64,000 bases of DNA, from positions 32,001 through 96,000 of the forward strand of contig CAVZMH010000022.1 in assembly GCA_963776345.1 (NCBI GenBank), in the 5' to 3' direction. Shown here piece by piece: positions 1-8,318 of the stretch (position 1 is its first letter; the number at the start of each line of letters is the position of its first letter). This DNA is from an uncultured delta proteobacterium (GTDB lineage Bacteria > Myxococcota > Myxococcia > Myxococcales > Myxococcaceae). The translations under genes and the position numbers were made by a program. The notes beneath the pieces were generated by a model that saw nothing but the letters and a program-made list of their open reading frames with translations, had not been told where the DNA came from and did no database searches.

Positions 1-735
1 GCGGTGGGTCAGGGCCAGGCACCCTGCGGCAGCTGCCACGGGAACCCTCCGGCGGGGCATGGACCGGAGACGCGCTGCGACACCTGTCACCGCCCGACCT
101 TCGTGAATGGGCAACCGAGCTCGGCCCTTCACGCCAACGGCCAGATCGATCTGGCGGCGCCCACCGGCAGCTGCGTGGGATGCCACGGGAGCGGCGACAA
201 CCCGGCGCCTCCCATCGATCTCCTCGGTCGCTCCGACCCGGCCCTGCAGACGGTGGGAGCGCACCGGGAGCACCTGGGCGCGCTGCACAAGGTCTCCGCG
301 CCGGTGGCCTGCAAGGAGTGCCATCTCGTGCCCACGGCGATCTCCAGCCCGGGCCACATCGACACGGCCGCGCCCGCCGAGGTCTTCCCGCCAGGGGCGG
401 GCGTGCTGGCGGTGGCGGACGGCGCCCAGGCCTCCTACGACCACGACCGCCGCGACCTGCACCGCGTACTGCCACGGGTCGGGGGCGCGTCTGACGCAGG
501 ACACCTCTCCCAGCGTCAATCGCACGCCGGTCTGGAACGGCGGCTCGGGGCAGGCGGCATGCGGAAGCTGCCACGGGATTCCGCCGAAGGTGCCGGGGAC
601 CACGTACCACGTCGGCGTGACCAGCATCACCCAGTGCGCGGCCTGCCACCCGATTCCGTCACCCCGGAAGGGAACATCAAGGTGGATGCCTCCGGCAACT
701 CCACCCACCTGAACGGCATCGTCGACGCGCCCTGA
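1..735 (+). CDS. Multiheme cytochrome c (CxxxCH/CxxCH-repeat type), 5'-truncated by the window edge, with two compensating frameshifts (~443, ~650)
   Basis: Heme motifs CGSCH, CDTCH, CVGCH and CKECH are in ORF 4..735. CTAYCH, CGSCH and CAACH are in the shifted frame (ORF 107..712). The reading returns to the first frame for the HLNGIVD ending. Confidence 0.85.
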   Translation, partial: AVGQGQAPCGSCHGNPPAGHGPETRCDTCHRPTFVNGQPSSALHANGQIDLAAPTGSCVGCHGSGDNPAPPIDLLGRSDPALQTVGAHREHLGALHKVSAPVACKECHLVPTAISSPGHIDTAAPAEVFPPGAGVLAVADGAQASYDHDRRDLHRVLPRVGGASDAGHLSQRQSHAGLERRLGAGGMRKLPRDSAEGAGDHVPRRRDQHHPVRGLPPDSVTPEGNIKVDASGNSTHLNGIVDAP

Positions 736-837
736 GCGCTGCAGGCAGGCGCCCACCTCCGGGGGCACCTTCTCTTCGCCGGCCCCCCTGGTTGACCTGC
801 CGGGACGGGTCGGTGAAATGGAGATCGCGGAGGTGGC

Positions 838-2568
838 GTGGCGGAGACGAACGGCAATCCGGCGGGTGACGGCCGTGAGGCGGACTGGCTCGACGTGGCG
901 CTGGCCCGCGCGGCCGGCGCCTCGCCCGTGGCGGGCAACCGCATCCAGCTGCTCCGGGACGGCCCGGAGAACTTCCCCGCCTGGCTGGAGGCCATCGCCT
1001 CCGCCCGCCGGTACATCTACTTCGAGACGTACATCTTCCACCGCGATCGCACCGGGCAACAGTTCGTCGATGCGCTCTGCGCCCGCGCGCGCGACGGCGT
1101 GCAGGTCCGCTTCCTCTACGACTGGGCCGGCTGCTTCGGCACCCCTTCGCGGGTGTGGCGCACCCTCCGGGAGGCCGGCGTCGAGGTCCGCTGCTTCAAC
1201 CCGTTCGACTGGGCCAGCCCCCTCGGCTGGGTGCACCGCGATCACCGCAAGACGGTGAGCGTGGACGGCCGGGTGGGCTTCATCTCCGGGCTCTGCGTCG
1301 GAGACGCCTGGGCCGGAGATCCGGAAAAGGGCATCCCTCCGTGGCGCGACACCGGGGTGCAGATCGAGGGGCCCGCGGTGGCCGACGTGGAGCAGGCGTT
1401 CGCCCGGGTCTGGGCCACGCTGGGGTCGCCGCTGCCCGAGGGCGAGCGCCGGCCGCGCTCGGAGATGGAGACCGCCGGCGAGACGCGGCTCCGGGTCTTC
1501 AGCGACGAGCCCGGCACGGCAGGGCTGCTCCGCCTCGATCAATTCATCGCCGGCGCTGCACGGCAGTCGCTGTGGATCACCGACGCGTACTTCGTCGGGA
1601 CGCCGCCCTACGTGCAGGCGCTCCGGGCGACGGCGCTCGATGGCGTCGACATCCGGCTCCTGGTCCCCGGCTCGAGCGACCTCCCGGCGCTGCAGCCCTT
1701 CTCCCGCGCGGGCTTCCGGACGCTGCTCGAGGCCGGCATCCGCGTCTTCGAGTGGAAGGGCCTGATGCTCCACGCCAAGACCGCGGTCTGCGACGGTCGG
1801 TGGGCGCGCGTGGGCTCCACCAACCTGAACATCGCGAGCTGGCTCGGCAACTACGAGCTGGACGTGGCGCTGGAGGACGAGGGGTTCGCCGGCGAGATGG
1901 AGGACATGTTCCTCTCCGATCTGGAGAACTCCACGGAGCTGGTGCTCGCCGGGAAGAGGCTTCGCAGCTCGGAGCCCAGGCCCCGGAGGCAGCGGCTCCC
2001 CCGCCGGGTGCGCGGCAGCGCGGGGCGGGCGGCGGCGGGCGCGCTCCGGGTGGGGAACACCGTTGGCGCGGCGATCAGAGAGCGGCGGACGCTCGAGAGC
2101 GGCGAGCGGCGGACGGTGCTCTTCGGCGGTCTCACGCTCCTGGTGCTGTCGCTGCTCTGGTCGTTCTTCCCGCGCGTGCTCGCGGTGCCGGTGGCCGTCC
2201 TGCTCGGGTGGCTCGCGCTGTCGCTGCTCTGGAAGGCGTGGCGGCTGAAGACGCCGGTCCAGAATGCGAGCCCGGCGTCGCTGCCCACCACCAACGACGG
2301 CACGACGGCCGCGCCACGGCCACGGCCACGGGCCGGCCGGCGGCTCCGCTGCGGGGTGATGCATCCGGCTAGACACCACCCGGTTTCGGGGCTGGCGGCA
2401 GGCCCCCGATCCGGAGCAGCCTCCCGCGGTTCGATCCCCAAACCCGCTGGAGGCGCCCCATGCATCGCCCCGTTCGGCTGTCCATCCTCGTCGCAGTGCT
2501 CTCGGTCGTCGCCCTCGCCGCCGACGCGAAACCGCCCTCGACGGAGGACGGGCAGGTGGCGCACGTGA
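838..2568 (+). CDS. Phospholipase D / cardiolipin synthase-like protein; 3' end uncertain
   Basis: Two HKD motifs (HRKTVSVD, HAKTAVCD), GSTN, and two C-terminal TM helices. The tail after ~2300 is low quality and overlaps the next gene, so the true stop is probably near 2360-2372. Confidence 0.85.
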   Translation: MAETNGNPAGDGREADWLDVALARAAGASPVAGNRIQLLRDGPENFPAWLEAIASARRYIYFETYIFHRDRTGQQFVDALCARARDGVQVRFLYDWAGCFGTPSRVWRTLREAGVEVRCFNPFDWASPLGWVHRDHRKTVSVDGRVGFISGLCVGDAWAGDPEKGIPPWRDTGVQIEGPAVADVEQAFARVWATLGSPLPEGERRPRSEMETAGETRLRVFSDEPGTAGLLRLDQFIAGAARQSLWITDAYFVGTPPYVQALRATALDGVDIRLLVPGSSDLPALQPFSRAGFRTLLEAGIRVFEWKGLMLHAKTAVCDGRWARVGSTNLNIASWLGNYELDVALEDEGFAGEMEDMFLSDLENSTELVLAGKRLRSSEPRPRRQRLPRRVRGSAGRAAAGALRVGNTVGAAIRERRTLESGERRTVLFGGLTLLVLSLLWSFFPRVLAVPVAVLLGWLALSLLWKAWRLKTPVQNASPASLPTTNDGTTAAPRPRPRAGRRLRCGVMHPARHHPVSGLAAGPRSGAASRGSIPKPAGGAPCIAPFGCPSSSQCSRSSPSPPTRNRPRRRTGRWRT

Positions 2569-2903
2569 AGGACGCGAAGTGGAACCCGGTGAAGCTGCCG
2601 ATCCCCCCCGGAGTGATGGCCTCCCCCATCGCCGTGGATCCGGTCGGCGGAGGCTCGATCGTCTACGCGAAGTTCGCCGCCGGGTACGCGTTCCCCAAGC
2701 ACTGGCACTCGGCGACCGAGTACACCACGCTGATCAGCGGGAAGGTCCGGTTCACGGTCGAGGGCAAGGCCCACGACCTCGAGCCGGGGAGCTACATCGT
2801 CATCCCGCCCAAGGCGCACCACGACGCCGTGTGCGCCGCGGGTTCGGATTGCGTGCTCCTCACCCGCCGCGGCGGGCCGACCGACTACAACTGGGTGAAG
2901 TGA
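2460..2903 (+). CDS. Secreted cupin-domain protein
   Basis: Signal peptide, cupin motifs PKHWHSATE and PGSYIVIPPKAHH, and a GGAGG RBS. Confidence 0.85.
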   Translation: MHRPVRLSILVAVLSVVALAADAKPPSTEDGQVAHVKDAKWNPVKLPIPPGVMASPIAVDPVGGGSIVYAKFAAGYAFPKHWHSATEYTTLISGKVRFTVEGKAHDLEPGSYIVIPPKAHHDAVCAAGSDCVLLTRRGGPTDYNWVK

Positions 2904-2957
2904 CCGGAGCGTCAGCGCGCCAGGCGACCGGCAGGTGCCAGCGCTCGCGACCGTGGA

Positions 2958-3695
2958 CTATCCGCGGGGCGGGCGAGCCGGGAGCAGCGCCTCCGCCCGG
3001 GCGAGGTCCTCGGGCGTGTCGACGCCGATGCTCGGGTGGGCCGTCCGGACGCAGCGGATCCGGATCCCGTGCTCCAGCGCGCGCAGCTGCTCGAGCGACT
3101 CGGCGCGCTCGAGCGGCGTCGGCGCCAGCGTGGCGAGGCGGAGGAGCGTCGCCCGCCGGTACCCGTAGAGCCCCTGGTGTGCCCAGCGTTCGACCGGTGA
3201 ACCGCTCCGGTCGAACGGCACGTCCGCGCGGCTGAAGTAGAGCGCGTCCGAGCGCAGGTCGACGAGCGCCTTCACCACGTTGGGGTTGCTCCGCTCCTCG
3301 GGGCGGAGCGCTCGGATGAGGGTGGCCATCTCCACCGCCGGGTCCTCGAACGCGCCTGCCAGCGCGCGGAGCGCCTCCGGGTGGATCAGCGGCTCGTCGC
3401 CCTGGACGTTGACCACCACCTCGACCTCGCGGGGCAGCCGGGTGGCGACCTCGGCGACCCGGTCGGTCCCCGAGGGGTGATGCGCCGCGGTGCGCTCCAC
3501 CGTGCCACCGGCCGCCGTCACCGCCGCGGCGATGCGCTCGTCGTCGGTGGCCACTCGCACGTCCGAGAACGCGCCCGAGCCGCGGCAGGCCTCGAGGACG
3601 TGGACGACGATGGGACGTCCGGCGAGCAGGGCCAGCGGCTTGCCGGGGAAGCGGGTGGAGGCCCAGCGGGCGGGGATGACGGCGACGGGCTTCAC
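2958..3695 (-). CDS. kdsB: 3-deoxy-manno-octulosonate cytidylyltransferase (CMP-KDO synthetase)
   Basis: IPARWASTRFPGKPL, SGTDR, NVQGDEP, ALYFSR, ESLEQLRALE, GVDTPED. GTG start with a GGGAGA RBS. Confidence 0.95.
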   Translation of the reverse strand: MKPVAVIPARWASTRFPGKPLALLAGRPIVVHVLEACRGSGAFSDVRVATDDERIAAAVTAAGGTVERTAAHHPSGTDRVAEVATRLPREVEVVVNVQGDEPLIHPEALRALAGAFEDPAVEMATLIRALRPEERSNPNVVKALVDLRSDALYFSRADVPFDRSGSPVERWAHQGLYGYRRATLLRLATLAPTPLERAESLEQLRALEHGIRIRCVRTAHPSIGVDTPEDLARAEALLPARPPRG

Positions 3696-3800
3696 GCGGG
3701 TCTCCCGTGGACTATCCACCGCCTGCGCCATCTCCCGCCACTGAGGAGGCTGAATCGTGCGAGGGCCCCGGTTATGCCGGCCCCACGGTCATCCTCCCTG

Positions 3801-4025
3801 GATCCGACCTTCCAGGCCGGGCTCCACGGCGACATGTTCATCGCCGGCAACGACGCGGCTGCGAAGTCGAAGGTGGCGGAGATCGTCCGTGGTTTCGGCT
3901 GGGAGGTGGTGGACGCCGGCGGCATCCGGGCCTCGCGGGTCCTCGAGCCGATGTGTGAGCTCTGGGTCTACGTGGGCGTCAGCACGGGGAAGTGGAACCA
4001 CGCCTTCAAGCTGATCCGCACCTGA
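3801..4025 (+). pseudogene. C-terminal fragment of an NADPH-dependent F420 reductase-like oxidoreductase
   Basis: DMFIAGNDAAAK...GWEVVDAGGIRASRVLEPMCELW...HAFKL matches the family C-terminus. No Rossmann N-terminus is present upstream. Confidence 0.65.
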
Positions 4026-4098
4026 GCCGGGCGGCCGGCGAGGGGCCTCCGCCGCGGTGCTCCGCCACGGTGCCAGACACCTCGTTACCTGGCCAGCC

Positions 4099-4731
4099 TC
4101 AGATCGGGGAGAGCTCCTTCGTCATGAGCATCGGCCCTCCCTGGTCGGCGATGGAGCCGAAGCACGACCGGCCCTCGAACCGGTGGTCCTGGTACGAGCG
4201 CCGCACCCGCTCGACGAATCCCTGCTTCCGGAAGACGTGCTGCGAGGTCCGGTTCGTGGCTTCGGTGACCGCCACCCGGTAGCCCCTGCGCGCTCCGCGC
4301 GCCAGGCACGCCGACACCAGCGCCTGCGCGATGCCCTGGCCCGCGAAGCGCGGGTCGACCCCCAGGAGGAAGAGGTGCAACGACTCGCCGGGGCGGATGG
4401 TCCGGCCGCTCCGGTACTCGGTGTCCAGCTGGCCCAGGATGTCGAAGATGGGGTCGAGCCTCGGGCTCAGGCGAGCCATTCCCTCGGGAGGCGCGGACGT
4501 GGAGTCCTCGGTGAGCAGTGCACCGACCATCTCGCCCGTCTCGCTGGACCGAGCGACGATCGTGAGCCCCTCCCTGGCCGCCCCGGGACAGAGCAGCCGG
4601 ACGAACGGCTCGAAGTCGGACGGCTCCACACCGACCGCCACCGCGGGCGGATCGTGCCGGGGGAACACCTCGGCCAGCAGACGCGTCATCTCGTCCGCAT
4701 CCGCTGCCGTGTAGACGCCGTAGGTCGTCAT
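4099..4731 (-). CDS. GNAT family N-acetyltransferase
   Basis: LGVDPRFAGQGIA acetyl-CoA motif A and N..S..F.K.GF motif B. Confidence 0.85.
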   Translation of the reverse strand: MTTYGVYTAADADEMTRLLAEVFPRHDPPAVAVGVEPSDFEPFVRLLCPGAAREGLTIVARSSETGEMVGALLTEDSTSAPPEGMARLSPRLDPIFDILGQLDTEYRSGRTIRPGESLHLFLLGVDPRFAGQGIAQALVSACLARGARRGYRVAVTEATNRTSQHVFRKQGFVERVRRSYQDHRFEGRSCFGSIADQGGPMLMTKELSPI

Positions 4732-5756
4732 CTCGCCTTCGCCGCGCCAGGGCGCCTCCGGGGCGCACGCCCGCGGACCTGGGCAGGAACCGGACGGCCG
4801 GTCAGCGCCGCGCGGATCACGGGGTACACCCGCGGGCTCCGCGGAAGCGCCAGGTGTCCGACGCCTCCGACCACCGTGATGCGCTCGGGCGGGAAGACCG
4901 GCGCGCCCTGGTACGCCCGCGCCCGCGCGCTCGCCAGCGGCACGAGGCCGTCGCCGAGAAGCCAGGACAGCGGGTGGAGCGGATCGGCGTGCAGGGCGCC
5001 GACGATGGCGTGGTGGGTGCCCTCTGCCGGCAGCGGGACCCAGGCGCCGTCCGGGCTGAGGTCACCGTGCGCCAGGTCCTTCACCCCGGCGCTGCGGAGG
5101 TCGGCCACCGCCCCGACCAGACGCGTCCAGGGAATGGGGAGCGCCTTGAGCAGCGACGTGGTGACCCGGCCGGCACGCTCGAGCGGGGCCCCGAGGTGCG
5201 GAACTCCGAGGTGAAGGGTGTGCTGGACGCTGGGCACCCACTCCGCGGAACGCGCCGCGCCCTGCTCGAGCGCGCTGCGGAGGACCAGCCCGCCCATGCT
5301 GTAGCCGATCAGGTCGAGCTCCGTCAGGGGCACGGGCCAGAACGCGACCAGCGCATCGAGGAGGATGTCCAGTGCCGCGCCGCTGTCGCGGACCGATCGT
5401 CCGGTGTTGTAGCGGAGGAACACCGGGGTGAGGCCGGCCTCCCGCTCGAGCAGCGTGCCGTAGCTCGTGCGCGGCCGCCCGGGGTAGCGCCAGACCGTCT
5501 CGGTGACGCCCAGCCCGTGGAGCCACACCGTGACCCGCGGGCCGGCGCGGGGGAAGGCACGCTTCAGCCCCGCGAACGACGGCCTGAACGCGCGATCGCC
5601 CTGGACGATGCGCATCTCCGCGTCGAGACCGGAGGCATGGAGCCGGTCGCCCACGGACGCGTGGAGGACCGCCGCGACCTCGGGCAGCGTCACGGGCGTC
5701 TCCCGGAGCTCTTGCGTCGGCGGGGCGATGGGCGAGGCACCGGGCGACAGTGGCAT
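4728..5756 (-). CDS. Alpha/beta hydrolase (PGAP1/lipase-like)
   Basis: HGL, GYSMGG nucleophile elbow, PHLGAPLE, GDGLV and a C-terminal GH. 4-nt overlap with the GNAT gene. Confidence 0.8.
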   Translation of the reverse strand: MPLSPGASPIAPPTQELRETPVTLPEVAAVLHASVGDRLHASGLDAEMRIVQGDRAFRPSFAGLKRAFPRAGPRVTVWLHGLGVTETVWRYPGRPRTSYGTLLEREAGLTPVFLRYNTGRSVRDSGAALDILLDALVAFWPVPLTELDLIGYSMGGLVLRSALEQGAARSAEWVPSVQHTLHLGVPHLGAPLERAGRVTTSLLKALPIPWTRLVGAVADLRSAGVKDLAHGDLSPDGAWVPLPAEGTHHAIVGALHADPLHPLSWLLGDGLVPLASARARAYQGAPVFPPERITVVGGVGHLALPRSPRVYPVIRAALTGRPVPAQVRGRAPRRRPGAAKAR

Positions 5757-5849
5757 GACCGGCGGGGCGGCGCGAGCCTCGGGGCCTTCGCCATCTTCGC
5801 GCGCGCGAGCAACCCCACGGCCGAACCGCTCTGCGGCGATGCCTTCCGT

Positions 5850-8318
5850 TCAACCCGAGGCGAGAACGAACCGATCACCTTCGAGCGAGACCTTGAGGAC
5901 GGTGTCCTGGTCCTTCTCCACCCGGATGGGCTGAGAGAGCTCCTGGCCAGGGGCGTGAACCACCACCCGGTAGCTGCCGGTCCTCAGCTCCAGACCCAGG
6001 GTGCTGCTCTCGCTGCCTGCAACCACCTGGCCCCCCTCGTCGAGGACCTCGAAGGGAACGGCCTGCAGGGCGGAGAGGATCACCGCTCGGGCCAGGGCAT
6101 TGCCATCCTGGGCGGCGTAGAAGCGCCCTCCAGTCGAGCTGGCCAGTCCGTCGAGCTCGGCCTGAACCTGCTTTCCGGTCAGGGTGAAGCCCACGATGTT
6201 GAGTGTGACGTCCACGCCCGAGGTCCGGAGCTTCTCCGCGGCGGCGGCCAGGTCGCCGTGGCAGCTCTCCTCGCCATCGGTGATGAGGATGACCGATCCC
6301 CCGCCGACCGCCTTCAGGTCGTCGGGGGAAGCCAGGACCGAGCGCACCAGCGGCGTTTCCCCGCGGGGTCGTAGCCTTCGGGCGACGTCGAGCAGACGCT
6401 TCCGGTCGAGCGGCGACGGAGGGACGACCAGCTCGGTGTCCTCGCAGGTTCGGGGAGAGCGGGAGGGGAAGCGATGCCCGTACGTCCGGAGCGCGACCTT
6501 GAACTCCGCGGGGAGACTGCCAACGACCTCCTCCAGGACCGAGAGCGCCGTCTTCCAGCGGGTGCTGTGACCCAGGGCCTCCTTCATCGAGCCGGAGGCG
6601 TCGAGGATGATCTCCACGTTCCGGGACGCTGGCTTGCGGGCTGACTCGAACAGGACCTGAAGGCCGCCGGTTCGCTCCGCGCTGTAGGTCCCTGCGAGCC
6701 CGATCGCCGCCCACATGGTGGGGTCGAAGTTGGTGGGCCGCATGCTCTGCGTATTGATCGCCTTCCAGGGACCCACCACCCCGGCCCGCCCATCTCGCAT
6801 CTGGGTCTCGAGGAGATACTGGACTCCGCGTCGGAAGACCCGGGAGTGGGTGCTGGCCCCTGCCTGCTTCAGGGCATACAGGACCTGGCCGGTGGCGTAG
6901 GCGTTGGAGCCCGTCATGGTGGCTCGCTCCTTCCAGCCGCCGTCCTTCCACTGCTCGGCCGCGAGGTGCTCCAGCTCCGGTCGAATCAAACGTCGCTGCT
7001 GCGGGGTGCCGTAGCGGGCCAGCGTCACCACCTTGTACATCCGGTCCTGAGTGGTCTCGGTATCGGTGGCGGCGATCCAGGCGATGGCTCGATCCGCAGC
7101 GCGCCTGTACTTCTCCTCCCCGGTGCGCCGGTGGGCGTCGACCAGGGCTGCCGTGACGTTGGCCGTGCTCTGAAAGTGGCCCTGGATGATGGGAAAGCCC
7201 TCATTGTCGGCGATGTACCACCCCGGCGGGTACTCCTTGGGGAGGAGCCAGCCCACCGCTTTCTGCAGATTGGAATCTTCGGCCGCGCCCCGACGCTCAT
7301 CGGCAGAGGCGAGGGCCGTCGCGGCGAAGGCGGTGGCAGAAAGGGAGCCGTTGAACCACGAGCCGTCGTACTGACCCCCGTCCAGGCCCTGGTACCCGCG
7401 GATCTTCCGCTCCAGGAGCGCGAAGGACTCCTCGTCCACCACGTAGCCATTCTTCAGCCCGATGGCCTGCCCCAGCAGGACGTGGGCCTGCACATGGCAG
7501 CCGAAGCACTTGTTGGTGTGGTCCCAGTCAGGGGCTGCTTGTCCCAGCCAGTCGAGGCCGAGCTGGGCCGCCTGCCGGGGGCTCATCTTCCACTGAGCGA
7601 CCGTGGGCTCGCGCTCGGCCAGCGGTGTGTAGCCGGGGCGCGCTGCCTCGAAGACCCTCAGCTCGGAAAGCGCGATGCGTTCCGGGCTGCGTCCGGAGAC
7701 GATGCGGACCCGGAGGCGCTGAGCCTCCACCGGGCGGAAGACGATCCGCTGCTCACGTGGCTCGGGGCCGAGCGACTGCGCCGCGACCCGCTCGAAGGAA
7801 CCGGCGTCCTGCGCGCCCAGCACCCACACCTCGATGCCCCGGGGAGCCTCCGCCGCGTCGGGCGGCAGGACCACCGAGACCGCGGAGACCAGCACCGCGC
7901 GCCGCTCGAAGAACGAGAGGTCGATGTCGATGGGGTAGAGCACCCCTTCCCGGATTCGCCACACCGTCTCCACGTCGCCGTCGTTGAGGCACGGGCCCAG
8001 GTGTCCCGGGCCGAGGGAGCCGGTCACGTGATCGACGTGGCCTCCCAGGTCGGCGAGGGCGAGGTTGACCGCCGTGCTGGAGTCGGCCACGGGCCCATCT
8101 CCAGTGACCGCGCTGGGTCGGGGCGCTGACGAGGGTGCGGGGTCCGCGCGCGCGGATGAAGCGGCAGCACCGGCCGGGGGGCTTCTTGCGAGCTCGGTCG
8201 ATGCGGTGGCGGCGGGTGACCGTTCACGACGCGCCGCCCCCCCGAACCGGAGCGCCGCCGCGACCCCGAGTGCCACCAGGACCAGAGCAGCGGCAAGTGC
8301 GGCCCTCCGGGCCATCAT
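5850..8318 (-). CDS. Membrane-anchored multidomain protein: discoidin/F5-8C-like + prenyltransferase/squalene-cyclase-like repeats + VWA
   Basis: Real start MMARRAALAAALVLVALG (ATGA overlap with the upstream gene). Beta-sandwich ending LSELRVFE, then CFGCH, QW-like repeats (QWKDGGW, DGSW, GVQYLLETQ), and VWA MIDAS motifs DASGS / GETPL / ITDGEE. Confidence 0.75.
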   Translation of the reverse strand: MMARRAALAAALVLVALGVAAALRFGGAARRERSPAATASTELARSPPAGAAASSARADPAPSSAPRPSAVTGDGPVADSSTAVNLALADLGGHVDHVTGSLGPGHLGPCLNDGDVETVWRIREGVLYPIDIDLSFFERRAVLVSAVSVVLPPDAAEAPRGIEVWVLGAQDAGSFERVAAQSLGPEPREQRIVFRPVEAQRLRVRIVSGRSPERIALSELRVFEAARPGYTPLAEREPTVAQWKMSPRQAAQLGLDWLGQAAPDWDHTNKCFGCHVQAHVLLGQAIGLKNGYVVDEESFALLERKIRGYQGLDGGQYDGSWFNGSLSATAFAATALASADERRGAAEDSNLQKAVGWLLPKEYPPGWYIADNEGFPIIQGHFQSTANVTAALVDAHRRTGEEKYRRAADRAIAWIAATDTETTQDRMYKVVTLARYGTPQQRRLIRPELEHLAAEQWKDGGWKERATMTGSNAYATGQVLYALKQAGASTHSRVFRRGVQYLLETQMRDGRAGVVGPWKAINTQSMRPTNFDPTMWAAIGLAGTYSAERTGGLQVLFESARKPASRNVEIILDASGSMKEALGHSTRWKTALSVLEEVVGSLPAEFKVALRTYGHRFPSRSPRTCEDTELVVPPSPLDRKRLLDVARRLRPRGETPLVRSVLASPDDLKAVGGGSVILITDGEESCHGDLAAAAEKLRTSGVDVTLNIVGFTLTGKQVQAELDGLASSTGGRFYAAQDGNALARAVILSALQAVPFEVLDEGGQVVAGSESSTLGLELRTGSYRVVVHAPGQELSQPIRVEKDQDTVLKVSLEGDRFVLASG

